From Lingula anatina (Eukaryota; Animalia; Brachiopoda): a stretch of 64,000 bases of DNA. The DNA is taken from contig CM120648.1 of the NCBI GenBank assembly GCA_051362555.1, positions 18,472,587 to 18,536,586 on the forward strand. The letters run 5' to 3'. Both the position numbers and the translations under genes were made by a program. Numbering within the stretch: position 1 is the first letter of the stretch; each line of letters begins with the position of its first letter. This document shows, one piece after another, positions 35,801 through 47,029 of this stretch. Below the pieces are notes generated by a model. It worked only from the letters and a program-made list of their open reading frames with translations. It made no database searches and had not been told where the DNA came from.

Positions 35801-36876
35801 TAATCCTTCTACATAACATTCACAAATGTTGAATCTATCGTAGGCAGCCTAGTAAAGTCTGCATGTCTTGATCGGCATCAGAAATACTAAACGGGAACGC
35901 TCACTCAAATTTTGATCACGTGTTTTCATTCGGCGGTTCAGCACAATGCAGCACAATCTATATGCTGCGCAACTAAGGCAATCACAACCCATTGCAAATC
36001 AATAAAACAGCCTAACAAAAACTAATAAATTTTGATTGCACAATAATAGGTATATTAAATCTGTCAAGCAATAATCATGTTATTGTATCATGATTTAAAT
36101 GTTATGAATATTTGATTATATGTGTATGACTGTTACTTTTCTTAAACAATTTCAATGCTCTTACTACTATCTTACTTGCAGTGACAATGAACAACCTATC
36201 AGAAGGTGTTAATGAGGGCTTTGGTACAATTGACCTAAGCTGGTTAGATCGAAGTCAAGGTGAGTATTTTTTATAATGTGCACTGCATGTTATAATAATA
36301 ATAATTATTATTATTATTATTTAAATTAAAATTATGCAGTTAATCATTAGTACATGATACAATTATTGGAGCTTAATATTGGATGATAATAAATGAAAAT
36401 AGATTTATTATTATTTTATTTAGAACTTCATGTACCAACGTTTACACCAAATGATAGCCCAAGAGAAGAAGACACCATTCCATTCCCTTCTCCTGTTCCT
36501 CCTCTTGCACCAGCTGCAGTAACAAGTGGAGTTCCCCAAAAGAGAAGAAGAAAAAGTCTGTTAGGTATATCAACTTGTAATGGTAATGTTGGCATAATTT
36601 TGTTTAATATTATTTGTATAAAACGTGACATGTTGCTTATTACGATACATTTATCCTGAATTGGCAAACTTCATAGGCATTGATTTTAACATTATGGGCA
36701 ATTTATATTTTTCATATTTAATTGTTTATTTTCTGTCCATAGATATGCAAGTGGAGGAACATGAGAAGAGAATGGAGATACTGCAGCAAGAAGACAGAAA
36801 TGCAAAATTGAAGGAGAAATTGTTGAAATTAAAAATCAAAATTGCACAAAGAGAATTAGATAATGACATGGATTAA
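32852..36876 (+). pseudogene. Harbinger Myb/SANT-like DNA-binding protein, exon 1 disrupted by an insertion
   Basis: Exon 1 = 32852-33059 + 34947-35135 (RQRKANWSHAETSLLIEL...VWKSIA...VRSAT|ECREKW...TGGGPPP), then 36182-36259, 36424-36564 and 36743-36876 (C-terminal coiled coil). All introns are phase 1 with GT/AG. Confidence 0.85.
33060..34940. mobile_element. Non-autonomous hAT-like (hAT6-type, 6-bp TSD) element inserted in the Myb exon
   Basis: TIRs CAGACATGCTGAAAA / TTTTCAGCATGTCTG; CAACAG duplicated at 33054-33059 and 34941-34946. Removing it restores S-A-T-E-C-R in frame. Confidence 0.85.
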
Positions 36877-38411
36877 ATATAGAATCAAAATTGACAATTG
36901 AAATGAAATAAAATATTGTGCCCAGATTATTACTTATTAATTAACAACTTGAAATAAGGATTCTATTAGGATTGAGATACAGCATAAATTGGAAAACCAG
37001 CATTACTGGAATAGTTTTCTTTGTTAAATTTCTAGTTTTTTAAAAAAATTGTTAATTAATTCTGGAATTTTGAATGCGTAAATTTGAACAATCATGGGCT
37101 GAAGCCATTTGCTAGTTACATATAATTTTCTAACATCAACACTACCTGATGTGCAAAATTAAAGTTAATGTTAAGTACAAACTGTACATATATGACTTAT
37201 TAAAATTTCTATGTATATATTTTATTGCTGTTTCAACTTGTTATAGAATATTAGATTGTTTTTTACATTTGCTGACCAAGCAGTTTCATTAGTGTTTCCT
37301 TTTTAAAGTTTCATGACCTTGTTCTGAAATTACTACAAAAATAATGTGATGTGTTTTTGCATGACTGTGATGATAAATTGTAAATGCAAAATTTCTTAAA
37401 TTGACTGTAATATCATTATTATTCAGTGTATTCACTATTCACCTCAATCAATTATTTCCTGTAATATGTATCTTTACTTTAATAAAATTATCTTATTACT
37501 GTTACTTGCATTTTTTTTTTCATTTCTTAAACTATGTTAATATATTTAAAATGCAAATTATAACAAACAATTTTGTTTTTAAATAAGTTGATCACTTAAA
37601 CAAGTGGATCTTCTATTTATTATACAGAAATATTTAAAACAAATCCTATGATATTTCACAGAGGCAGAATGATAAGAGAGAACAATTAGAAAAGCTTTGT
37701 TTAAAACTGATGACTGATACTGAGTCCATTGAGAAATTGATCTTCTGCTATGACTCCACCGACTTTATAACAGATTTGAACAAGATGACAACACTATGCT
37801 GACCCTACAGAACCATGCAATCTCTGCTAGAGAGTAAATGATGATTGCTCTTCAAGTACACAGTTAGTTGTACAGTGTTTCATGTGTCAAAAGGAAGAAA
37901 GGAATTTAAGAATAATACAGTAACTTTTTCTAAATACACCTAATGCCAAAGGAGTAACAGTTGACAGTATAGAACTATGTTTGGGCAATTTAGAGACCAT
38001 ATTGCCCTGTTACGGTTTGGCCCGTCTTAGCTGTTATGCACATCGGTGGAGATAGCGTTTTACTTTTTTGACTAGAGCACGCGCTTATCATAGTTATGTT
38101 CTGATCATTAAAAGACACTAATTCCCGCAATGAGGTAAGACTTTATGAATCATTTAGTAATTTAAACAGTTAATAAGAACTTTATAAGTTGTAATTGTAA
38201 CATAATTTAAGGATAATTTCTTAATTTGATGTATTTTGTTCATTTCAGTTTCTACGTGACAATTTCAATGACAAGCAAATAAAATAGATGTGAAAAAGAC
38301 TAAAGAAGTTTGCTTATTCGTAACAGTAGAAACTCAGCGACGATTTAGTGAAAGATAATAGAAACTGAGCGACGATTTAGTGAAAGACGATCAGCATAGT
38401 ATTTAGAAAAG

Positions 38412-39836
38412 ATGGCAACACAAGCGGAAATGTTACTGCTGCAAGCAGAACTGAAAAGGGTAGAGTCGGATATAGACCAAACCATGTGTGAGTTGGAAAA
38501 GCATTTTAATTTCACAAAGTCAAATATAAAAAAGACATCTACGCCCAAAAATGCACTAACATCTTGTGCCCCACTCACTTTGTGTGAGCAAACTACGATA
38601 GCAAAGGAACTCAGTAAACCAAGAATTCAGATTCAAGTATTTGAAGGTGACCCGATCAAATATGTGCTGTTTAAGAGACAGTTCAAAAGTAGAATCATAG
38701 AAACATGCGACTCTGACGATGAAAAACTGAACTATCTACTGCAATACACCAGAGGTGAGCCTCATGAAATTACGCTAGGATTCGCTCACTTAGATGCATC
38801 CATTGGTTTCAAGGCCACATGGAAGGAATTTGAGAGAAGGTATGGGGACCAAGAACAGATTGCGACATCGTATATAAACCGTGCCTTACAGTGGCCAGTG
38901 ATAAAGCATGATGATTATGTCGCATTAGACAAATACGGCATATTTTTAAGGGAATGTGAATATGCAGTAAAAGAAATAGATGCCATTCCAGTCCTCGAGT
39001 ATCCTGATAACCTTAAGAGGCTAATGATGAAGCTGCCGTCCAGATTGCATGATAAATGGAGAAGCATAGTATATGAAAGGAAGGAAAGGGGACAGAAGGT
39101 AACCTTTCAGGTTTTCGTCGATTTTGTGCAGAAAGAAGCACGAAAATTGGCTGACCCCATTTTTGGAAAGGTTTCACCGCCACCAGAGAGACCTATACCA
39201 GCACCAAGGAGAAGAGTTCCAGCACAAACAGTACTGTCTAGTACCTCTGCATCCAGCAACGAAAGACACGTTCACAAGTGTATATTATGCAAGGAACAAC
39301 ATAAACTTCACCAATGCCCAGAAATGCAAGAAAAGACAATGGATGAAAGAATCAGCATTATAAAGAATAATGGTTTATGTTTTGGGTGCCTTGCATATGG
39401 TCACAGAAAACATGAATGCAGAAATAAAATGAAATGCCAAAAATGTAACTCTTATCATCCAACAATTCTACACGATGACAATTACACTAGTAAAGTAGTG
39501 GGAGCAGCTGTATGCCATACCACCCACAGTTCTGAGAATGTGCATTCCATGATAGTGCCAGTTGTAGTGCACCACGAGGATAATCCAGACATTTATTCAG
39601 TGGTATATGCAGTACTAGACGAGCAGTCAGATGCCTGCTTTGTAAAGTCCTCGACCCTCAGTGAACTCGAATGTAAAGGGAAGCATGTAGACATCAGACT
39701 TTCAACCATACTTGGAGAAAAAACCGTCCCGAGCAGGAAAGTTAGAGGACTTGTTGTGAGAGGTCTGAACCAAGAGACATTGATTGAGCTCCCAGATACA
39801 TACTCCAGAGACTCCATTCCAGTTAAGCGATCATAG
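38412..39836 (+). CDS. gag: BEL/Pao Gag (three Cys/His knuckles) + aspartic protease
   Basis: FEGDPIKY; knuckles CILCKEQHKLHQC, CFGCLAYGHRKHEC and CQKCNSYHPTILH; protease YAVLDEQSDACF. Ends at an in-frame TAG. Confidence 0.88.
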   Translation: MATQAEMLLLQAELKRVESDIDQTMCELEKHFNFTKSNIKKTSTPKNALTSCAPLTLCEQTTIAKELSKPRIQIQVFEGDPIKYVLFKRQFKSRIIETCDSDDEKLNYLLQYTRGEPHEITLGFAHLDASIGFKATWKEFERRYGDQEQIATSYINRALQWPVIKHDDYVALDKYGIFLRECEYAVKEIDAIPVLEYPDNLKRLMMKLPSRLHDKWRSIVYERKERGQKVTFQVFVDFVQKEARKLADPIFGKVSPPPERPIPAPRRRVPAQTVLSSTSASSNERHVHKCILCKEQHKLHQCPEMQEKTMDERISIIKNNGLCFGCLAYGHRKHECRNKMKCQKCNSYHPTILHDDNYTSKVVGAAVCHTTHSSENVHSMIVPVVVHHEDNPDIYSVVYAVLDEQSDACFVKSSTLSELECKGKHVDIRLSTILGEKTVPSRKVRGLVVRGLNQETLIELPDTYSRDSIPVKRS

Positions 39837-42800
39837 ATACCCAGACCAGAAACTGCTAAGAAATGGCCACACTTGCACTCAATTGCTGATAAGATTACTC
39901 CTTATCGCCCAGACGTAGAGGTAGGACTGCTGTTGGGAGTAAACTGTATGAAAGCCATTAGAGGTCTGGAGTACATACATGGTAGAGGAGAGGAGCCATA
40001 TGCATACAGATGTAACCTAGGTTGGGGTATAGTAGGGCCAGTGGACAAATCAAGACCCATAGATGAGAACAAGAGCTTTGGAACACATGCCTTTGCCTTT
40101 AGAACACAAGTGACAGAGATCAGCCCCGCTGAGGTTTGCAGTCTCTTTGACCAAGGTTTCGACCAACAGAAAGATGAGAAGTTAAGCCTTCAAGACCAGA
40201 AGTTCATGAAGATTATGGAGGAAGGCATACATTTCAACGAGGGTTTTTATGAGATGCCACTACCATTTAAAGATGGACATCCAGCATTGCCAAACAACAA
40301 ACCAGCAGCTGAGATCAGGCTAGAGCAGCTAAGGAAAAGGCTAATCCACAACCCGAAGTATTATGAGCACTATAACAGTTTTATGCAGGACCTCATAGAT
40401 AAATGCTATGCAGAAGAATCACCTCATGAAGATGGAGGTTGGTACTTACCACATCATGGTGTATATCACCCCAAGAAACGTGAGAAATTACGAGTGGTGT
40501 TTGATGCCAGTGCAAAACATGAAAATGTTGCGCTAAACGACTGCCTGTTGAAAGGACCTGATCAGAATAACTCGCTCATAGGTGTTTTATTGAGGTTTAG
40601 AGAGCAGCCAGTAGCAATCATGGGTGACATGGAGAACATGTTTCACAGGTTTAAAGTGAAAGAAGAGGATAGAAAGTTTTTACAGTTCCTATGGTGGAAA
40701 GACGGTGACCTCAGTAGTAATCCCATCACATACAGAATGACGTCTCATATATTTGGAGCGATAAGTTCACCAGCATGCGCATTGTATGGACTGAGGAAAC
40801 TAGCAGAGGACTACCAAGATGAGTATTCACCAGACGTCATTGCCTTTCTTAAGAATGACTTTTATGTAGACGATGGACTCAAGAGCATTGAGTCAAGTGA
40901 AGAAGCTATACGTCTTGTTAGAGAAACAAGAGAGCTGCTGAACAAAGGTAACCTAAGACTTCACAAGCTAGTATCAAACAACCGTGAAGTGATGAATACA
41001 ATCCCAATGTCAGAGAGAGCTAAAGAAATGAGAAACATTGACCTTAACAGAGACACATTGCCAATATGCCCAGCTTTAGGAGTACAGTGGTGTGTAGAAG
41101 CGGACAGTTTTCAGTTTAAGGTCCAGATCAATGATAAGCCATTAACAAGAAGGGGAATTCTCTCCACTGTAAGTTCCATATTTGACCCTTTAGGCCTTGT
41201 CTCACCATTCATCCTTGCCGGTAAGAAAATTCTCCAAGAGCTATGCAGAGACGGTGCAGAGTGGGATGATCAAGTGCCAGAGAGTATTAGATACAGATGG
41301 GAAAGATGGCGCTCAGATTTGCTGAACTTAACCAAGTTGAATATACCACGGTGCTATAAGCCAAATGATTTTGGTGAAGTGACTACTGCAGAACTTCATC
41401 ACTTCTCAGATGCCAGTGTAGAAGGCCTAGGTCAGTGCAGTTACTTGAGGCTTAAAAGCAACACAGGAAGAATAGCAACCACATTAGTTATGGGCAAGTC
41501 CAAGGTAGCTCCCTCTAAACCAGTGACAGTCCCACGCCTAGAGTTGTCAGCAGCAGTGATGTCTATAAAGGTGGGGACCTTTCTTGCCAAGGAGTTAGAG
41601 TATGAGGACATCACCCATGTGTATTGGACTGACAGCAAGGTTGTTCTAGGGTATGTCAATAATGATGCTAAGAGATTTCATGTCTTTGTAGCTAATAGAA
41701 TACAACAAATTAGAGAAGTCAGTCAGCCATCGCAATGGAGGCATGTTAAGTCCAGTGACAACCCAGCTGATATAGCCTCCAGGGGAACAGGTGTGACAGA
41801 GCTACTACAGAATGAACAGTGGTGGAGTGGGTCAGACTTTCTGCGCATTGATGAACCACTATCTACCACTGATACCCAATTCAGACTAGCACCAGATGAC
41901 CCAGAAGTACGCAATTCTGAAGTCAATGTATTTGCTACTAAAGTAGAAACCAACCACGATCACTTGTCTGATGTATTGAAAAGGTTTTCTTCCTGGAACA
42001 GAGCAACACGAGTTGTTACGTGGTGTTTACGATTCATACAGAAGCTGAAACAAGCTAAGGACAGGAAATCTACACAGCATAACACAGTTGAGACCAGCAA
42101 TGAACCGTTGAATGTTCAAGAAATACAAGTGGCAGAAAAGATCATTCTCAAGTCAACACAGACTGCTACATTTGAGAAGGAAATTGCAATACTGAAAGCA
42201 ATTAACAGAGAAGATAACAGTGAACACACAGAGAGAAAACAGGCAAGATATCGCAACAAACAAATCAAGAAAACCAGTTCACTATACCGCCTAGACCCAT
42301 TTTTATGTGAAGATGGACTACTCAGAGTAGGTGGTCGTATAAAGAGGGCAAATCTACCCAGAGAGCTAACACACCCAGTGATTCTGCCTAAGCATCATCA
42401 CGTTACAAATCTCATAATTGACCACTATCATACCCGATGCGGACATTCAGGAAGTGGCATTACTCTTAATGAAGTCCGAGCTAGTGGTTATTGGATAATT
42501 TCTGGCCGTGCCAAGATTGGATCATATATATGGAAATGTGTGACCTGTCGTAAGCTTCGAGCAAACCCACAGAGTCAGAAAATGTCAGATCTTCCAGCTG
42601 ACAGACTGGAACCAGCACCTCCATTCACCTACAGTGCAGTAGATTTCTTTGGACCATTCTATGTGAAGGAGGGAAGAAAGCAGATTAAGAGATACGGTGC
42701 AATGTTTACATGTTTAGCATCACGTGCTATTCATATAGAAGTTGCATATTCACTCAGCACAGATTCTTTCATTAACTGCTACAGACGCTTTGTATGCAGG

Positions 42801-43559
42801 CGTGGACCAGTACGTCTACTCAGAGCAGACCGTGGAACCAATTTCATTGGAGTTAAGGGAGAGCAAGAAACTGCCTTTATGGGTATGGATCAGGACAAGA
42901 TCAGGAGAGAACTTCTGAAAGACCATTGTGACTGGATTCAGTTTGAAATGAATGTTCCTCATGCTTCACATATGGGAGGGGTGTGGGAAAGGATGATCAG
43001 ATCAGCCAGAAATGCTTTATCAGGACTTCTCACAGCTCACAGTGACCGTTTAGATGATGATTCCTTGTCCACATTGTTAACTGAGGCAGAAGCCATAGTT
43101 AACAGTAGACCTCTGACTTACATTGATACACAGTCACCAGATTCTCCAATGCCTTTGTCTCCAAATCAGCTGCTGACCCTGAAAACTAAGGTCGTGATGC
43201 CACCACCTGGGAATTTCATAAGGAAAGACACATATCTTCATCGAAGATGGCGACATGTTCAATATCTAGCCAATGAATTTTGGAGCAGGTGGAGAAAGGA
43301 ATTTCTTCCTACATTACAAGAGAGAAAAAAGTGGATCAAACAACATAGAGATGTACAAGTTGGAGATATTGTTCTCATGATAGATGACAGTGCACCAAGA
43401 AATCAGTGGCCACTTGGTCGCATAACAGAAACCTTTCAAAGTGCAGATGGATATGTGCGTAAGGTCAAGTTGAAAGTTAGGGACTCTACATATGAGAGAC
43501 CAGTGCACAAGTTAATTCTTTTATTGACCGGAGAAGACCCCGTCGAGGAGCCAAAATAA
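39837..43559 (+). CDS. pol: BEL/Pao Pol: RT, Pao-type RNase H, integrase (same frame as gag)
   Basis: WYLPHHGV, LRVVFDAS, FYVDD, HHFSDAS, PRLEL, WTDS, NPADIASRG; integrase H-H-C-C, VDFFGP, DRGTNF, GGVWERMI and ERPVHKL. Confidence 0.95.
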   Translation: MPRPETAKKWPHLHSIADKITPYRPDVEVGLLLGVNCMKAIRGLEYIHGRGEEPYAYRCNLGWGIVGPVDKSRPIDENKSFGTHAFAFRTQVTEISPAEVCSLFDQGFDQQKDEKLSLQDQKFMKIMEEGIHFNEGFYEMPLPFKDGHPALPNNKPAAEIRLEQLRKRLIHNPKYYEHYNSFMQDLIDKCYAEESPHEDGGWYLPHHGVYHPKKREKLRVVFDASAKHENVALNDCLLKGPDQNNSLIGVLLRFREQPVAIMGDMENMFHRFKVKEEDRKFLQFLWWKDGDLSSNPITYRMTSHIFGAISSPACALYGLRKLAEDYQDEYSPDVIAFLKNDFYVDDGLKSIESSEEAIRLVRETRELLNKGNLRLHKLVSNNREVMNTIPMSERAKEMRNIDLNRDTLPICPALGVQWCVEADSFQFKVQINDKPLTRRGILSTVSSIFDPLGLVSPFILAGKKILQELCRDGAEWDDQVPESIRYRWERWRSDLLNLTKLNIPRCYKPNDFGEVTTAELHHFSDASVEGLGQCSYLRLKSNTGRIATTLVMGKSKVAPSKPVTVPRLELSAAVMSIKVGTFLAKELEYEDITHVYWTDSKVVLGYVNNDAKRFHVFVANRIQQIREVSQPSQWRHVKSSDNPADIASRGTGVTELLQNEQWWSGSDFLRIDEPLSTTDTQFRLAPDDPEVRNSEVNVFATKVETNHDHLSDVLKRFSSWNRATRVVTWCLRFIQKLKQAKDRKSTQHNTVETSNEPLNVQEIQVAEKIILKSTQTATFEKEIAILKAINREDNSEHTERKQARYRNKQIKKTSSLYRLDPFLCEDGLLRVGGRIKRANLPRELTHPVILPKHHHVTNLIIDHYHTRCGHSGSGITLNEVRASGYWIISGRAKIGSYIWKCVTCRKLRANPQSQKMSDLPADRLEPAPPFTYSAVDFFGPFYVKEGRKQIKRYGAMFTCLASRAIHIEVAYSLSTDSFINCYRRFVCRRGPVRLLRADRGTNFIGVKGEQETAFMGMDQDKIRRELLKDHCDWIQFEMNVPHASHMGGVWERMIRSARNALSGLLTAHSDRLDDDSLSTLLTEAEAIVNSRPLTYIDTQSPDSPMPLSPNQLLTLKTKVVMPPPGNFIRKDTYLHRRWRHVQYLANEFWSRWRKEFLPTLQERKKWIKQHRDVQVGDIVLMIDDSAPRNQWPLGRITETFQSADGYVRKVKLKVRDSTYERPVHKLILLLTGEDPVEEPK

Positions 43560-44193
43560 CTGTTAACTGTGACAATAGTGTTAGTTTGTTAGGATTCTAT
43601 GCTACAGTTTGTGTAGATTTAATGAACACTTTTGTTTTCTAAAGACAGTTACATGTTGAACTATTTGTGTTTATGGGATTGCAAAGTATTTTATGTTTTA
43701 ATACGGTAATTAACAGTAAGTTTTGATGTTCCTTAAAGGTGTTTAAGGTACGGTAATTCTTAATAATTTCCGAGCAAATATTTTTTATACATAATGATAA
43801 GGTAAACAGTGTATATTGTGTAAATTGCTTTCACAATTTAGGGGAGCCATGTTACGGTTTGGCCCGTCTTAGCTGTTATGCACATCGGTGGAGATAGCGT
43901 TTTACTTTTTTGACTAGAGCACGCGCTTATCATAGTTATGTTCTGATCATTAAAAGACACTAATTCCCGCAATGAGGTAAGACTTTATGAATCATTTAGT
44001 AATTTAAACAGTTAATAAGAACTTTATAAGTTGTAATTGTAACATAATTTAAGGATAATTTCTTAATTTGATGTATTTTGTTCATTTCAGTTTCTACGTG
44101 ACAATTTCAATGACAAGCAAATAAAATAGATGTGAAAAAGACTAAAGAAGTTTGCTTATTCGTAACATGCCCAAAGGAGTAACAGTTGACAGT

Positions 44194-45975
44194 CTAAAAA
44201 TATGTTTGGGCAATATGGTCTCTAAATGCCCGCCCATCATTTTGACCCTGGTAAACAATGCCCATGTCCCTTGGGGGACGCTGCTGACCATCATCAGGGG
44301 GGAGTGGGTCTCCTCTGATGATGGCAATGTTATGAAGAACTCCACAGGCAACAATGATCTTAGCCACTCTTTCAGGAGACATCTTTATTTCGGAGTGTAG
44401 ACAGTGGAATCTATAACATAATAAAAAAGAATTTAAAAAAAAATTATATATATAGGTTTTTTTAATCCCTCATTTATCAAGTGATAAAGTTTTTTTTTTT
44501 TTTTATCCATGAGTATTTATATTTACACACACACACAATAATAAAAAAAAAAAAATGTAAAATTAATAATGCACAAAGGGGAAAAAAGTTATTACCGTCT
44601 CTTCCATTGTCCAAAAACTCTCTCGATCAAGTTACGAGTTCTTTTATGGGCACTGTTATATCTCTGTTGTTGATTATTCATGGGGTTTAAATAAGGTGTC
44701 AACAGGAAAGGCTTGCATGCATAACCACTATCTCCCAACAGGAATCCTTGCGCAGCTCCTCTGTTACCCTCTAGATATGTTCCTAGCACAGAAGTCCTGA
44801 AGATGTGACTATCGTGTGTGCCACCTGGCCACATGGCATTGATGTTGGTGAATTTCCCTGAAAATAAACAAATAAACACATGTTCTTATACATGGAGGTG
44901 TATGATAAATCTCAATTAAAACATTTAATTATTAATACATAGATGAAATGTTAAAGATATTTGTTGTAATATGATAATTCTACATCCAGACATTTTGATT
45001 AAATGTATAAATCGAATAAATATATAAATATATGATTACCCACTGTAGGCTTTTTAAATTTAAATTAAAAAAAAAAATTTTTTTTCACTGTTAACCTTTA
45101 TGGAAAGTGTCAATGTGATTTTTCTTAAACTTAAACAATATAATTTTTTTTTTCATAGTCATGAAAATAATGAGAATAATAAGTCGTACAGTATATTTGA
45201 TTTTGTATGGTAAGAAAAAGACTGTCAATATCAAAACAGTCCACATTGCATTAGTTGTGCCTCATGCAATGTTTACAATTTGCAGTGGAAGGGCAAGGTC
45301 GTGACATACTTTTTAACAACATGGCTGACTGGCAGATCATGATCCTAGAAATGTAGATATTTTTCGTCGATTTCAAAGGTATGTTTTTAGTAAAAATAAA
45401 AGTTAATTACCTTTGTGATCACACACAGCTTGGATGTTTATGCTGTGGAAGCCTTTCCTGTTGACAAAGTCAGCTTCATGTTCAGTTGGGGCCTGGATTT
45501 TTACGTGCGTGCCATCAATGCAGCCAATTACCCCGGGCATTCTGCTCATCTCAAAAAACCCTCTTCTTACTTCTCCTTTGGCATTAGGTGTAGTGGGGAA
45601 TTTAATGAAGTCGTCCTTTCTTCTACACAGTGCTTCGGACACACGAGCCACTATGCGGCTAACCGAAGCTTTGCTCACTCCGTGAGTGTCGCCGGTAACC
45701 AGCAGCATGGAACCAGTTGCGTAAAACCGCAGAGCAATCATTACTTGGTCTCTCGCGGAGATTGCATGCGTTCTGTTGGTAGCAGGCGCGATGTCATCTT
45801 TTATCAAATCTGTTATATAGTCAATAGAGGCCTTGCTGAAGCGCAACCTCTCAATGGACTCCGTATCAGTCATAGCGTCAAAAACAAAAACACCTCTTCT
45901 GAAAGTTCTCTCTCTAATCATTCTACGTCTGTGAAATCTCATAGGATTTACTGCTAAACCAAGCAGATTCGCCAT
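44194..45975 (-). CDS. Harbinger DDE transposase (HARBI1-like), 3 exons, 347 aa, apparently intact
   Basis: Exons 45975-45411, 44857-44596 and 44410-44194 (1044 nt) with GT/AG and matching phases. Motifs [50 protein letters not shown] and ACGVLHN. Confidence 0.93.
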
Positions 45976-46178
45976 CTTGCTTGATTTAACAGCATGATAG
46001 CAGATTTATCCCACCTATTTTGAGCGGACAACTTTATCCTCTGGATAAGCTGATTTATCCCCTGGATAACGCTATCCACTGTTGATGAAACACGCTATCC
46101 TCTGGATAGCTCTATCCAGATGATAGCAGCCATATTTATCCATGGGATAGCGCTATCCACCCTTGATGAAACCGGGCC

Positions 46179-46778
46179 CAGCAGTCTGTGTGGTATGACA
46201 TAGAACACTTACCCAGAAAGACACCCAGCAGTCTGTGTGGTATGACATAGAACACTTACCCAAACAGACATCCAGCAGTCTGTGTGGTATGACATAGAAC
46301 ACTAACCCATACAGGCATCCAGCAGTCTGTGTGGTATGACATAGAACACTTACCCAGAAAGACACCCAGCAGTGTGTGTGGTATGAGAATAGAAAACTTA
46401 CCCATACAGGCATCCAGCAGTCTGTGTGGTGTGACATAGAACACTTACCCAGAAAGACACCCAGCAGTCTGTGTGGTATGACATAGAACACTTACCCAAA
46501 CAGATATCCAGCAGTCTGTGTGGTATGACATAGAACACTTACCCATACAGGCATCCAGCAGTCTGTGTGGTATGACATAGAACACTTACCCAGAAAGACA
46601 TCCAGCAGTGTGTGTGGTATGACATAGAACACTTACCCAGAAAGACATCCAGCAGTGTGTGTGGTATGAGAATAGAAAACTTCCCCATACAGGCATCCAG
46701 CAGTCTGTGTGGTATGACATAGAACACTTACCCAGAAAGACACCCAGCAGTCTGTGTGGTATGACATAGAACACTTAC
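46179..46778 (-). repeat. 47-bp minisatellite x ~13 derived from the DIS3L2 exon/intron junction
   Basis: Minus-strand unit GTAAGTGTTCTATGTCATACCACACAGACTGCTGGGTGTCTTTCTGG; its 3' half mimics the exon end CACAGATTGCTTGGAGCCTGTCTGG. Confidence 0.92.
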
Positions 46779-46926
46779 CCAGACAGGCTCCAAGCAATCT
46801 GTGCACAATGACATCAGCATATCTCCTAATGGGGGAGGTGAAGTGAGTGTAGAGAGGAACTCTGAGGGCATAGTGTCTGAATGCGCCCTCATCATCAATA
46901 CAGCCAGTGCAGAAATAACGGGCAGT
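46779..46926 (-). CDS. DIS3L2: Single internal exon of DIS3-like exonuclease 2 (RNB domain)
   Basis: TTTCAG|[50 protein letters not shown]|GTAAGT; RNase II signature [13 protein letters not shown]; HYAL.VPLY is DIS3L2-like; 148 bp. Confidence 0.82.
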
Positions 46927-47029
46927 CTGAAACACGGTGGAAGGGAAATGTTTCACTAATTTCATTGAATAATGCTTAAACATCCTACCTCTCTCTCTCA
47001 TTAAAATTTGATGCCAAAATATAGCAAAC

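Larger units (their letters stand above)
38008..44167 (+). mobile_element. Full-length BEL/Pao LTR retrotransposon (Sinbad/Sailor-like) nested in the Harbinger
   Basis: 318-bp LTRs at 38008-38325 and 43850-44167 (TGTTACG...CGTAACA), identical by eye; 5-bp TSD TGCCC; PPT AGGGGAG before the 3' LTR. Confidence 0.95.
32534..46178. mobile_element. Full-length PIF/Harbinger transposon (convergent Myb/SANT and DDE transposase genes) with nested insertions
   Basis: TIRs GGTCCGGTTTCATCAAGG / CCTTGATGAAACCGGGCC; CAG TSD (32531-32533, 46179-46181); many subterminal CTATCC/GGATAG repeats; two-gene organisation. Confidence 0.92.

Noticed and set aside
44194-45975. Domesticated host gene HARBI1
   Set aside because: It lies between intact TIRs/TSD with a Myb partner, so it is a transposon gene.
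46153-46774. Several Cys/His-rich ORFs
   Set aside because: They are translations of the 47-bp minisatellite.
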